Of a stretch of DNA of 64,000 nucleotides, positions 1 through 10,289 are shown in pieces. The position numbers were made by a program, and so were the translations under genes. The stretch's first letter is position 1, and each line of letters starts with the position of its first letter. Origin of the DNA: a bacterium. Lineage in GTDB: Bacteria > Zhuqueibacterota > Zhuqueibacteria > Zhuqueibacterales > Zhuqueibacteraceae. The notes under the pieces were generated by a model. It worked only from the letters and a program-made list of their open reading frames with translations. It was not told the origin of the DNA and did not search any database. The DNA is taken from contig JBIOXB010000063.1 in NCBI GenBank assembly GCA_044869275.1, forward strand, positions 15,303 to 79,302, given 5' to 3'.

Positions 1-3000
1 GCACGCCCACTTTCTCCAACATCGAGTATGTCCGCGTTTGGATCGACAGTGTGGAGATTTCGCAAAACCCTGCCTTCGTGCAAATCGCTGAGATCAATCT
101 CGTCAGCAATGAATGGAAGGAAATCGGCTTATCCAATCAAGACAGCACGCTCACGGGCATCACACCAAATGACAAGAAGTTCAGAATCAGCGTGGTCAAC
201 ACGGAAGAAAATCCGTTCGCGCCGGCAAGCGCGTGCGATCCCGGCGAAAACAGTTACATTTCTCCTCCCGGCGTGCAGCGCGAACGCGACCGCATCAACC
301 AAGTCTTGGCAAAAGAACAATCGCAAGTTTTGGACGTCGATAGCCTGGGCCGTGATCAAAGCACGGCGATCGCGCAAAAAACATTTTACCAGCCCTTGAG
401 CTTCGTTCATTATGCCCGCCTGAAAATGTTCATTTACGGCGCGGACAACAACAGCGACTTGATCCAGCCGGACAACTCGCAAATCGAATTTTACATTCGT
501 TTCGGCGCAGATGAGAAGAATTTCTACGAGTTTCGCACGCGCGTGTATTGCGGCTGGGATCAGCGCAATGAAATGGATATCGATCTGGCCGAGCTGACGA
601 ATTTCAAACGAACCAGCGCAACGGCAACACAGGTCATTGACAGCACCGGGGCGCTGCCGGTTCCGATCAGCGGCTATTATTACAAGACCATTCCCGGTCC
701 GGTCGCGGGGGCGGTGCAAGAGCTGCGCGTGCGCGGCAACCCGTCGCTTACCAATATTCGCACCTTGGTCGCGGCGGTGCACAATCGCAGCAAGGACAGG
801 CTTTTTTTCGGTGAAATTTGGATGGACGAGTTGCGGGCCTCGGGCGTGGAAAAGCAGAAAGGCATTGCCGCGCGCGCCCGCGCGGATTTGAAGGTGGCCG
901 ACTTCGCCAATATCAACGCCGAGATCGAGCAGCTCGATGCTGATTTTCACAACGTTTCCACCCGCTTCGGCACCGGCGACAACTCCCGGCGCTTGACGCT
1001 GGGCGGCAGCGTGCAGGCGGACAAATTGCTGCCGCAATGGCTGGGATTGTCTGCGCCAGTGAGCGCGAGCTATTCCGAAAGCAGATCCACCCCCAAATAC
1101 TTCCCCGGCAGCGACATCATCGTGCTGACTTCGGAACTGGATGACACCACGCTCTCGCGCATCGAATCTTACACCAACCAGATGGGATTCAACCTCACCC
1201 TGCGCCGGCGCGTGAAGTCGAGCAATTTTTTCATCAAGAATACGATCGACAATGTAGGGGCGGGGTTGAGCTATACGTATGCCGATGCGCACAACAGCAC
1301 GACCAAACTTTCCCGGCGCACGGGCTTCGCCGGCAATTTGGATTATGCCCTGGCCTTCGGCAACAACAATTTCATCAAGCCGTTTGCGTGGATCGGCAGG
1401 GCGCCGCTCTTAGGCATGTTGCGCAATACCAAGCTCTATTACACGCCCCAGCGCGTCGATGCGCGCATGCAAGCGACGAGCACCGACTCGCGCAGTCAGA
1501 CCCGTACTCTCAAGCCGGGCGCTGAGGGGGAAATACCCGGCCTGCTGGTGCGTCCGCCCACGGACTACAACGTGCAGCACAGCTTCGGCACTTCCTTCAA
1601 AATTCTTGAAAATCTAACTGCGGACTTCTCCCGCGCCTACAGCAGCAAAGTCCGTCCCGACACCCTCAATGTCACCGGGGCCAAAGCCGGCAAAATCGGT
1701 TTTGCCGAAGGCTTGCAGCGTTTCGCCGATGGCTACGCGGATTTGCTCAGCAGCACGCAGAGCTTCAACGCGCGCTATAACCCGACGCTGGTGAGCTGGA
1801 TGACCAACAGCGTCACCTATACCAGCTCTTTTCGTTACAACAACAACATCCAACAAGTCGATGTCGGGCGCAGTGCGGGCGTGAGCTCCACCTTCGGGGT
1901 GACCTCCTCGATCCGCTTGTCGCAATTTTTCCAGTCTTTACAAAACAAGCGCAAGACCGCGACGACGCCCACCGGCACACGCAGGCCGCCGGGGCGGACG
2001 GCCCCGGGCGAGCAGCCGCCGAAAGAAGAGGGTCAGGAAGAGGAAGGCGCGCCGCAGCGCCGGCCGCCGGGCGAGCAGCCACCAGGTGAGCAGCCTCCGG
2101 GCGACAAAGAAGCACCCAAGGCAGGAGAGAAAACCAAAGAGAAATCGCAGCCAGAGGAAAAAGGCGGCGGCGCAGGCATCAATCCCGTTTCGCTTTTCAT
2201 CAACACTCTGGCCAAGCTCCGGGACGTCCAGTTGAGTTTCAATCAGCGTGACAATCTCAACCACAACGCGCTGGCTTCGGGCGACATCAACGTGAGATAC
2301 ATGTTCGGCTTGGAACCCGATCCGGGCACGGGCACGGCGAGCAATTATACCGGCATCTTCCGCTCGACGACGAAGGGCAAAACGTTCAGCGCCGCCACGG
2401 GCGTGGACCTGACCCGGAACCTCAATTTGAATCTGAAGTTCGATTACGACGTGCAGGAAACCGAGACCAGCAATCGTACCGGCACGACTGCTATGTCCTA
2501 TTTGCAATTGGGCAGCGAGGGCAGCGGCATTCCCTTCCCGGAATGGACGATCACGTGGAACGGCCTGGAGAAATTCCCGCTGTTCAGACGCATCGCCAGC
2601 TCGGCCAGCGCCAGCACCAATATCGGCGGCAAAAAATCCACGGCGTGGAAAGATTCCACCTCCGGTTTGATTGGCGAGGATTTTTCCCTCAATTTCCGCC
2701 CGCTGATACGCTTGAATATCAACTGGAAAAACGGCATGGTCACCACCGCGCAGTACAACCAAGCCAGCGGCTACCGGCCCACCTATAACCCCATCGGCCA
2801 ACTGGACGAAGAAGGGTTTCTCGACACCTTCCAAAGCGCGGCGTTCAGCCGCACCAACGATCTCTCGTTCACGCATACCTATTCCAAACGCTCGGGCTTT
2901 CGCATACCGCTGCCGTTTCTCAGAAACAAAGAGCTGAAAAACAGCGTCGATCTCAGCATCAATTACACGCGCAGCCTCACCGAGAGCAGCGCCAAATACA

Positions 3001-3194
3001 GCCGGGATTCGCAGGAAGTGGTAAACAACTCCACCGCGCGCTGGGAATTCAGCCCGCGCGTCACCTACACCTTCAGCAACCGCGTCCGGGGCGGCGCACA
3101 TTTTCTGTATGGCAAGACCGAAAGCCGCCTGATTGGCAAGACCACCATCACCGAGCTTGGCATCGACGTGAACATTTCGATTCGCGGGCAGTAG
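1..3194 (+). CDS. Very large outer-membrane protein, SprA/Sov-like (T9SS translocon-like). 5' end truncated by the window start: the frame is open from nt 3. Contains a Pro/Glu-rich repeat insert (PPGEQ x3).
   Basis: Frame open from position 3 with no upstream stop. About 1,060 aa are visible, consistent with a large beta-rich secreted/OM protein with a low-complexity PE-rich insert (aa ~640-700). The SprA assignment rests on recalled family features and is not verified. The antisense ORFs 129..1292 and 1938..3236 are shadow frames. Confidence 0.45.
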   Translation, partial: TPTFSNIEYVRVWIDSVEISQNPAFVQIAEINLVSNEWKEIGLSNQDSTLTGITPNDKKFRISVVNTEENPFAPASACDPGENSYISPPGVQRERDRINQVLAKEQSQVLDVDSLGRDQSTAIAQKTFYQPLSFVHYARLKMFIYGADNNSDLIQPDNSQIEFYIRFGADEKNFYEFRTRVYCGWDQRNEMDIDLAELTNFKRTSATATQVIDSTGALPVPISGYYYKTIPGPVAGAVQELRVRGNPSLTNIRTLVAAVHNRSKDRLFFGEIWMDELRASGVEKQKGIAARARADLKVADFANINAEIEQLDADFHNVSTRFGTGDNSRRLTLGGSVQADKLLPQWLGLSAPVSASYSESRSTPKYFPGSDIIVLTSELDDTTLSRIESYTNQMGFNLTLRRRVKSSNFFIKNTIDNVGAGLSYTYADAHNSTTKLSRRTGFAGNLDYALAFGNNNFIKPFAWIGRAPLLGMLRNTKLYYTPQRVDARMQATSTDSRSQTRTLKPGAEGEIPGLLVRPPTDYNVQHSFGTSFKILENLTADFSRAYSSKVRPDTLNVTGAKAGKIGFAEGLQRFADGYADLLSSTQSFNARYNPTLVSWMTNSVTYTSSFRYNNNIQQVDVGRSAGVSSTFGVTSSIRLSQFFQSLQNKRKTATTPTGTRRPPGRTAPGEQPPKEEGQEEEGAPQRRPPGEQPPGEQPPGDKEAPKAGEKTKEKSQPEEKGGGAGINPVSLFINTLAKLRDVQLSFNQRDNLNHNALASGDINVRYMFGLEPDPGTGTASNYTGIFRSTTKGKTFSAATGVDLTRNLNLNLKFDYDVQETETSNRTGTTAMSYLQLGSEGSGIPFPEWTITWNGLEKFPLFRRIASSASASTNIGGKKSTAWKDSTSGLIGEDFSLNFRPLIRLNINWKNGMVTTAQYNQASGYRPTYNPIGQLDEEGFLDTFQSAAFSRTNDLSFTHTYSKRSGFRIPLPFLRNKELKNSVDLSINYTRSLTESSAKYSRDSQEVVNNSTARWEFSPRVTYTFSNRVRGGAHFLYGKTESRLIGKTTITELGIDVNISIRGQ

Positions 3195-3389
3195 AGGATG
3201 ATATGACCGTTTTCTTGGCTGAGGCTCCATTCGCATAAACTACCGGCGTCACGCCCTCTTTGTTTTTCAGGCACATGCCTGAGCGCGGAATGACAAACAC
3301 ACCTCAGCGCCGGGCTATTGTGGGGTGCCGTATAACCATGAGTTCCAGACCAATGAGATCTTGTATCTCAAACAACTGGAGAAGCACAA

Positions 3390-4327
3390 TGAAAGGCATG
3401 ATGTGGTGTGCAATCGTTTCGAGTACTCTGGTGCTGACTCTCTCATGCCGGCCAGAGTTGCAAGAAGCGAGATTCTCGAGCTTCCCACAGTCCAAACTTG
3501 ATGCGGTCAACTTCTTAATCGGCGACCTGAGTTTTGTTGCAAAGTACGGGACACTGCCAGACAAAGAGGTTGACGAGAAACTAAGAATCTCGGTCCACTT
3601 GGAGTTCGTTGAAAACTTATTGCGCGAAAAGGCGTCTGGCCATTTAAGCCCCCTTCAAAGAAAAGCGAGATGGCAGAATATCGATCGCTTGCAAGAGTAT
3701 CGGCGGAACGGGATTTTTCCCCGGAATTATGATTATCCGAGCCGAAGGAAACCTTGTTTTATTGATAAATATGGCAGGATTTGTGCCGTGGGCCATCTCA
3801 TTGAAAAAACCGTAAATAGAAAATTTGCCGAGGAACATAATGCCCGATTTCAGTATCAGACCATTTTTGAGATGCAGTCTGTAGAACTGGAAGGGTGGAT
3901 TTCTCAAAGTGGCCTGAGCAGAGATGAACTCGCCATGATTCAACCGACTTATGGATTCGAAGAAGAAAATGGCAAAGACAAAATCTCAAAGGAAGTGGAA
4001 GCCGTAGGCCTAGCTCTTACTGGTTCATCCGTCTTAATTAATAGCATATACATAGGCCAGCAGAAAAAGCATTTGCTCGCGGGATCCTTGGGCCTCTTGC
4101 TCGGCACCACGAGTCTTGCCACGGGATTGTCAGATAAATCCAATTACAGTGTTCCCGATATCGCATTGGGGACTGCAGCAATAGTGACGGGGATTTTGAA
4201 TTTGTCTTTGGGGAGGAAAGAAAACAAAAGCTCGAACCACCGAGAGCCCATGCCTCAAAAAGCTCAAATCGGCCTTGGGATGATACCGGTAGAAAATCGA
4301 TTCGGTGTGGGATTAAGCATGAGATAG
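3390..4327 (+). CDS. Hypothetical lipoprotein/membrane protein in a lower-GC islet.
   Basis: The N-terminus MKGMMWCAIVSSTLVLTLSC is a lipoprotein-type signal. The C-terminal region has 2-3 hydrophobic helices. Local GC is visibly lower than the flanks. No recognisable catalytic motif. Confidence 0.45.
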
Positions 4328-4401
4328 ATTCTTTGATTTGAACTTGGGCGTGATTCCAAACATCGTCAAATTAGTGCGACCCAATCAAACACTCATATTG
4401 C

Positions 4402-5418
4402 ATGCCCCGCGTTAAAAAGAAGAAAAAACACCCTCATTCACGGCACCCGCGCGCAACGACGGAAAAGGCCCGGTCGTCATTTCCAACCAGGATCTGGTTG
4501 ATGGTCGGCCTCGGTGTGCTTGCGGCTGTGGCCATTTTGTTACTGTGGAAAAATTGGTCCGCAACAAAATTTGCCATACCCTCTTTCAATGGTGAAAACG
4601 CTTTTGCCCTTTTGCAAAAGCAATGCGATTACGGCCCGCGCGTACCGGGCACGGCCGCCCATGACAGTTGCCGCGTTTTCTTAGTGAACGAGCTGAGCAA
4701 ATATGCCGACAACGCCGTTGAGCAAAGCTTCGAGCATCAATTCGAGCGCTATCCGCAGCCGGTGAAATTGACCAATATCGTCGCCGGTTTTCAACTGCAG
4801 GCACCTCGCCGTGTGCTGCTGTGCGCGCATTGGGATTCGCGGCCCTGGGCAGATCAAGAAAACGATTCTTCCAAACATGACGACCCCGTTCTGGGCGCGA
4901 ACGACGGCGCCTCGGGCGTGGCGGTGCTGCTGGAGATCGCACGCGCATTGAAAGCCTCGCCGCCGCCCGTCGGCGTTGATCTGGTTTTATTCGACGGCGA
5001 AGACAGCGGCACAAGCGGCGTACCGCGCTCGTTCGCCATCGGCTCACAACATTTTGCCCGCACGCAGGGCGCCCAATATCGGCCGCTGTTCGGCATTCTA
5101 TTGGACATGGTCGGCGACCGCGATTTGCAGATTTATCAAGAAGCCAATTCCGCGCGCTATGCGCGCGGCCTCGTTGACCGCGTCTGGCAGCTCGCACGCG
5201 AGCAGCAGGTGCAAGAGCTCATTCCCACCGTGCGCCATGAAGTCTTCGACGATCACTATCCGCTGATCGAAGCCGGCATCCCGGTGATCGATCTCATCGA
5301 TTTCGATTATCCGCATTGGCACACGCTCAACGACCTCCCGGAACAATGCAGTCCCGCCAGTTTGGAAAAAGTCGGAAAAGTCGTGCTTGCCGCGATTTAT
5401 GATCACCGCGCCTGGTGA
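4402..5418 (+). CDS. M28-family peptidase / glutaminyl-peptide cyclotransferase-like protein with an N-terminal membrane anchor.
   Basis: Motifs HWDSRPWADQ, ANDGASGVAVLLEIARAL and LVLFDGEDSG match the M28/glutaminyl-cyclase zinc-binding core. An N-terminal transmembrane helix is present. Confidence 0.8.
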   Translation: MPRVKKKKKHPHSRHPRATTEKARSSFPTRIWLMVGLGVLAAVAILLLWKNWSATKFAIPSFNGENAFALLQKQCDYGPRVPGTAAHDSCRVFLVNELSKYADNAVEQSFEHQFERYPQPVKLTNIVAGFQLQAPRRVLLCAHWDSRPWADQENDSSKHDDPVLGANDGASGVAVLLEIARALKASPPPVGVDLVLFDGEDSGTSGVPRSFAIGSQHFARTQGAQYRPLFGILLDMVGDRDLQIYQEANSARYARGLVDRVWQLAREQQVQELIPTVRHEVFDDHYPLIEAGIPVIDLIDFDYPHWHTLNDLPEQCSPASLEKVGKVVLAAIYDHRAW

Positions 5419-5513
5419 AGCCTTTCCTGCAAAGCATTCACGAAAAATCGTTTGAATCCCGCCGCGGAAGATGCTAAATTGCCGCGCATGAGAATGATCC
5501 CGGAACCAAGGTT

Positions 5514-6191
5514 GTGAAGCCCTTCACAAAGATATTGGTGTTGGGCGCATGCTGGGCGACCGCGGCCGCGGCCCAAGGCCTATCCTTGGAAATCGACTCT
5601 TTGCGCGTGGAGGCTGGCTATTTGCGCGCCGATTTTCACGCCGACAGCCTGCTGACCATGCGCCTGCTTGCAAATATGCGCCGGGGAGTCACCTCCTCCG
5701 TGCGTTTTCGCGTACAACTTTGGCGCAAGCGTTCCTGGCTGTTCAGCGGCGTCGTGTCGGAGCGCGCTTTTGAAATCAAAACGACGTTCGACGTGTGGGA
5801 GCAGCAATTTCTCCTGCAAACGCCGGACGAAAGGCGGCTGACCAAGTCGCTGGAATATGTCAAAGAGCGCTGGGAAAAACACCACGGCTTGCCGCTGGCC
5901 GATTCCACGCGCTGGCAAGGCAAACATCAATATTATATAGTGGTGGAGGCCAGCCTCGAGCCGGTATCGCGCGAATCGTTGCAAGAAATTCGCGGCTGGC
6001 TCTCGGGAGAAATGAAATCGATCACACAACGCGATTCGGCGAACGCTGCACCGCCGGAAAACAAGCGCGGCTTGCAGGACCGCGTTTTGGACACCGTGCT
6101 CGATTTCACCGGTTTGGGAGAACAGACGGCCTCGATCAAATCTGCCTTCTTTCGCATACGCGCAGATGGCGTCATCGTGTTCGAGAAATAG
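5514..6191 (+). CDS. Secreted DUF4390-like protein. Paralog of the 28502..29146 gene.
   Basis: Signal peptide MKPFTKILVLGACWATAAAAQ. Shares the pattern E[VI]K..[FY]D[IV]W.Q..L..PD....[FL]..V[EK] with ORF 28502..29146 (KTTFDVWEQQFLLQTPDE vs VKYDIWAQRYRLAFPDT). The family name is inferred from size and its context next to an NtrY-like kinase. Confidence 0.5.
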   Translation: MKPFTKILVLGACWATAAAAQGLSLEIDSLRVEAGYLRADFHADSLLTMRLLANMRRGVTSSVRFRVQLWRKRSWLFSGVVSERAFEIKTTFDVWEQQFLLQTPDERRLTKSLEYVKERWEKHHGLPLADSTRWQGKHQYYIVVEASLEPVSRESLQEIRGWLSGEMKSITQRDSANAAPPENKRGLQDRVLDTVLDFTGLGEQTASIKSAFFRIRADGVIVFEK

Positions 6192-6329
6192 CTTCCATGC
6201 TTATGTTCTTGAGCACGGCCCCTGGTCGAGGAGCTCGCGCTTGCGTCACGAGATTCCTTCTGCATGCCATGAGCACTCGTGCGTGCAAGCAACGCGGATG
6301 CCGTATTCAGCCTATTATCGAGGGAAATC

Positions 6330-7265
6330 ATGCTGCCAGCCTCCAAGCGCCTCGCCAGTTTCGATCTCGGAACCAATACCTTTCTCCTGTTGATCGCAGA
6401 GCTGCAGAACCATGGCCTCACGCCCATATTCGAAAAGGAAACCGTCGTGCGTCTGGGCAAGGGTGTCGATGCCGCCGGCAATCTCAACCCTGAGGCCATG
6501 CAGCGCGGTCTCGCCTGCTTGCGCGCATACGCCGATGATGCCCGCCGGCACGGTTGCGAGAAGATTCTGGCCGTCGGAACCAGCGCGTTGCGCGACGCCG
6601 CCAATCGCGACGTTTTTCTCGGGCGAGTGAAGGAAGAGACAGGCGTGGAAGTCCGCCTCATTTCGGGTGCGGAAGAGGCGCGCTTGACTTTTCTCGGAGC
6701 ACTTTCGAACAAAAAGAATTTGCCCGAGCCTATGGCGATCATCGACATCGGAGGCGGCAGCACGGAAGTGGTGCGGGGAACGCGGCAAGACATTCTCCAA
6801 GCGCGCAGCGCAGATATAGGCTCGGTGCGCCTGACGGAACGCTGGTTGAAACATGATCCGGTTTTGCCGGAAGAAATGGCGGCACTGCGGGTGCAAGCGG
6901 AACAAATCATGCGCAGCACCTGGCCGCGCGAAGAAATTCGCGAGACCGCGAGCCTGATCGGGACGGCAGGCACCATCACCACGCTTGCGGCCATGGCACA
7001 AAAACTCGCGCGCTACGATCCCGAGCGCATCGACGGCTACTTGATGACCGCGCAGCAGCTCGACGATCTCATTGTGCTGTTGGCGCGTCTTTCCCTCCCC
7101 GAACGCCAGAAACTTCCCGGCCTCAATCCCGCTCGCGCCGATGTCATTCTTGCCGGCGCTCTGATCTTGGAGGTCTTCATGAAGGATTATGGCTTTTCGC
7201 AATTGCTCGTCAGCGATCGTGGGCTGCGATATGGCGTGTTGCTGGAGCAAGCATCAAACGACTGA
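6330..7265 (+). CDS. ppx: Ppx/GppA family exopolyphosphatase / guanosine pentaphosphate phosphohydrolase.
   Basis: N-terminal ASFDLGTNTFLLLIAE (Ppx/GppA actin-like fold signature). Length ~310 aa. Confidence 0.8.
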   Translation: MLPASKRLASFDLGTNTFLLLIAELQNHGLTPIFEKETVVRLGKGVDAAGNLNPEAMQRGLACLRAYADDARRHGCEKILAVGTSALRDAANRDVFLGRVKEETGVEVRLISGAEEARLTFLGALSNKKNLPEPMAIIDIGGGSTEVVRGTRQDILQARSADIGSVRLTERWLKHDPVLPEEMAALRVQAEQIMRSTWPREEIRETASLIGTAGTITTLAAMAQKLARYDPERIDGYLMTAQQLDDLIVLLARLSLPERQKLPGLNPARADVILAGALILEVFMKDYGFSQLLVSDRGLRYGVLLEQASND

Positions 7266-7309
7266 AGTTACCACACCACTGCGGGTACAGCCATCAAGGT
7301 GACAGAGTA

Positions 7310-7960
7310 CTAGCGGTCACGACGCTGGAAGAGCTGCACCACCCATAATATGGTGTGGCGCTCAAAAGTCTTCTCAAAACCCTGCTGTTCGATGGCCGCC
7401 TGCACCTGGTGGGGAGAATGATAATAAGGGTGGAAAGAGTTGCGCAGCAATTTGAATACAGCAATGCCGGCATGGAAAACAAAACGTGCCAAAAAACTCG
7501 GGCGGGGATAGCTGACGGCATAAAGCCTCTTGGTTTTCGCGGCCGAACGCGCCACCAGTTCTTCGAAGTCATCGTAACAGCAAATCACTTTGTCGAGAAT
7601 GGCTACGTCAGCGGTGGAGGCCTGATCACACAGGGCGACGAAATCGCCCTGCCAGTATTGCGTGCGCGTGTTCAACCCCATGTCAGTGGATAATTGCTGC
7701 GCGGTTCGAATCATGTTTTCGGAGATATCGAACCCGGCGGCGCTGTCCGCGCCGTCCTGCAACAGTCTCAAATGCAACCCGCCCACACCGCAGCCGATTT
7801 CCAGAATGCTGGCGTGCTGCAGCAACCCACTGCGTTGAATGCCCTCCCTCAAATACTTCTGCTCCGGACGCAAGCCCTTCTTGCGGAAGTATTTTTCCGA
7901 CTTTCGTGCTTGTGTGTTGAAGAATTGATTGGTGCCATTCGTGGCGCAACAAGAAGACAT
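7310..7960 (-). CDS. Class I SAM-dependent methyltransferase.
   Basis: Motif I LEIGCGVGGL plus a downstream acidic residue (GFDISENMI). Confidence 0.7.
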   Translation of the reverse strand: MSSCCATNGTNQFFNTQARKSEKYFRKKGLRPEQKYLREGIQRSGLLQHASILEIGCGVGGLHLRLLQDGADSAAGFDISENMIRTAQQLSTDMGLNTRTQYWQGDFVALCDQASTADVAILDKVICCYDDFEELVARSAAKTKRLYAVSYPRPSFLARFVFHAGIAVFKLLRNSFHPYYHSPHQVQAAIEQQGFEKTFERHTILWVVQLFQRRDR

Positions 7961-8043
7961 GGTATTCTTTCCATCTTATGCAGCGTTTTAAGGAAGAGCA
8001 GCAATGGACTGTATTTCGTGAAGATTGTCGCTCGCACGGCAGC

Positions 8044-8943
8044 TCAATTTCCGGCTTTTTCAATCTTCACCCGCCATTGCGGCCCGGACGCGATTTGATG
8101 CTTCGCGGCAAAACTGTCCTGGTTGATCGCCAATCCAACATTGAGCAGGCTATTTAAATAAAGCAGCGGCTTGCCGATCGCCACTTCTCCAAACGTGTGC
8201 ACATAAGGCATTTGCCCTTGCCAAACCGTTTTTCCCTCATGTTGAATTTCCACACTGACGAATTCATTCAACTTCACCTCCAATTTTTCAAAAATCTGCT
8301 CAGGAATATTTGTCCAAATGTTGCCGTATTGCACGTCCAAAATGGGAATGGTGCCCCATACCGCTTTGCCCTGAAAGCGCGGCTTTTCATAGGATATCAT
8401 GACCACTTCTGGCGGCAGCGGCGGACCGACTTGTTCGAATGAAATCACGCCGGCGGCCAGGCGCGCGCCGGTGTAGGCATAAACATCCCGTCCATGAAAA
8501 GTGTAGGATTTTTCCGAACCCGCGAGCCGGTTGACCTTCTCATCGATTTGCCGCGCCTCGGCAATCCCCAGGTCTTCTGCGATCAAAGTCAAAGTGCCGT
8601 TATCTGGAGAAACGAAATAATGGCCAGTTTTGGTTTTGACCACAACCGATTTGCGCGTGGTGCCGACGCCGGGATCAACCACGGAGACGAACACGGTGCC
8701 GGCAGGCCAGTAGGGCGCGGTTTGTTTGAGCTGATATGCCGCCTCCCAAATGTTGTAGCTCGGGAGGTCGTGCGTCAGATCGAAGATTTTGAGGTTGTGA
8801 TCGACGCCAAACGCCACGCCTTTCATGCATGCGACCGCGCCGTCTTTCAAGCCGAAGTCGGACTGCAAGACAAGCGCCGATTGTGAACGCGCCGGCATGG
8901 CCCAAACCCAAACCATTAGCAGAAACAACCTGAGCGTGCTCAT
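8044..8943 (-). CDS. S-adenosyl-L-methionine hydroxide adenosyltransferase family (DUF62) protein with a predicted N-terminal signal peptide.
   Basis: LQSDFGLKDGAVACMKGVAFGVD matches the DUF62 N-terminal signature. It is preceded by MSTLRLFLLMVWVWAMPARSQSA, a signal-peptide-like leader. Confidence 0.7.
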   Translation of the reverse strand: MSTLRLFLLMVWVWAMPARSQSALVLQSDFGLKDGAVACMKGVAFGVDHNLKIFDLTHDLPSYNIWEAAYQLKQTAPYWPAGTVFVSVVDPGVGTTRKSVVVKTKTGHYFVSPDNGTLTLIAEDLGIAEARQIDEKVNRLAGSEKSYTFHGRDVYAYTGARLAAGVISFEQVGPPLPPEVVMISYEKPRFQGKAVWGTIPILDVQYGNIWTNIPEQIFEKLEVKLNEFVSVEIQHEGKTVWQGQMPYVHTFGEVAIGKPLLYLNSLLNVGLAINQDSFAAKHQIASGPQWRVKIEKAGN

Positions 8944-8994
8944 CTTCTTTCTCTTCCTCGAATATTCTTCATTCCAAGCGCGGGCCATTTTACG

Positions 8995-9966
8995 CTACAG
9001 CAGCCCCTGGTAAGCCACGAATACACTTTCGGCAGCGGCATTGCCGCCGCAAATCACCGCCACCGGGCATTTGCAGTTTTGCACCAGATTCTCGTATTGC
9101 ATCAAAGCCGCGATCACCGCTGCTCCCGCGGGTTCAACGAGCTGATTACATTCCTGCCACAGCCAGCGCATGGCGGCGATGATCATGTGGTCCTCGACCA
9201 GGACAATGTCATCGACGTAGCGTTGTGCGAGTCTCAACGTGCGGGCGCTCACGCTGCGCGGTGCGAGCGTGTCGGCAATGGTGCGGGTTTCGTGCAGCGC
9301 CGTCACTTTGCCCGCTTTCATGCTGGACAGCATCGATGCCGCTCCGGCGGGTTCAACGCCAATGACGCGGACTGAGGGCTTGCTCTGCTTCAATGCCGAG
9401 GCTACACCGCAGATCAATCCGCCTCCACCAATGCCGATTAAGACACTATCGATTTGCGGAACGTCTGCCAGCAGTTCCAGACCAAGCGTGCCCTGTCCAG
9501 CGATGGTAGCTTCTGCATCAAAAGCATGAACATAATGCCTGCCGGATTCTTCCGCATGCACGAGCGCCTGGACATTGGCGTCATCCCAATTGAGGCCATA
9601 TTTGAAAATCTCCGCGCCCCATTTTGCAATGCGGGCGCGGCGGTCTTCCGAAGCGCGCGCCGGCAAATAAACGATCGCTGGCGTCTTCAAACAATGCGCG
9701 ACATAGGCCAGTGCCAGGCCGTGATTCCCGCCAGAAGCCGTGATCACGCCACGGACGCGTTGCTCCGGCGTGAGCTGCAGCATGGTGTTGAACACACCCC
9801 GGGCTTTGAACGAGCCGCCCACTTGCAGATTCTCCAACTTGAGCTGCACGTGCGGAAAGCCGCTGTTGCTGAGGCGTGGCAGCGGCAGCAGCGGTGTGTG
9901 CCGGACATACGAAGCAATGCGCTGCCGCGCCGCGATAATTTTTTCCAACGAAATCTCGAACTCCAC
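8995..9966 (-). CDS. PLP-dependent threonine/serine dehydratase.
   Basis: GGSFKARG (PLP-lysine motif) and SGGNHGLALA (glycine loop) are typical of the threonine ammonia-lyase/serine racemase fold. Confidence 0.8.
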   Translation of the reverse strand: MEFEISLEKIIAARQRIASYVRHTPLLPLPRLSNSGFPHVQLKLENLQVGGSFKARGVFNTMLQLTPEQRVRGVITASGGNHGLALAYVAHCLKTPAIVYLPARASEDRRARIAKWGAEIFKYGLNWDDANVQALVHAEESGRHYVHAFDAEATIAGQGTLGLELLADVPQIDSVLIGIGGGGLICGVASALKQSKPSVRVIGVEPAGAASMLSSMKAGKVTALHETRTIADTLAPRSVSARTLRLAQRYVDDIVLVEDHMIIAAMRWLWQECNQLVEPAGAAVIAALMQYENLVQNCKCPVAVICGGNAAAESVFVAYQGLL

Positions 9967-10289
9967 TTTCGCTCTCCTGGTTTTTGGGCCGGGAAATAGT
10001 AGGCAAAATCACCGCAGCGAGCAATAAGAATTTCTTCGAGGGGTGGATCGAAACATGCAGGGGGAAATCTCGGAGGCGGCAGGTTGAAATCGCAGGAGGG
10101 TATTATTTTGGGTGCAGGCTCAAATTTGACATTGCTTCTGCACGCTCAAATTCCTATCATAGAAAAATCATCACCCCGAGCGAGGAGGGAGGAGATGCTC
10201 ATGTACGTCATCTGTTTGAAAACTCATGTTTCTAAAAACTCGGGGTGACGATCATATTTTTAAAGATGCGGAGGCTCGCTTTTCCGACT

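Noticed and set aside
129-3236. Long minus-strand ORFs (129..1292, 1938..3236) opposite the SprA-like gene.
   Set aside because: Antisense shadow frames, typical of ~60% GC DNA. The plus frame is continuous for >3 kb with domain-like content. The minus frames have no motifs or start context.
5933-7250. Minus-strand ORFs 5933..6994 and 6315..7250.
   Set aside because: Antisense to the well-supported Ppx/GppA and DUF4390-like genes.
7683-7700. GGTTCGAATC T-loop-like motif (possible tRNA).
   Set aside because: No flanking T-stem complementarity or acceptor or anticodon arms. It lies inside the methyltransferase coding frame.
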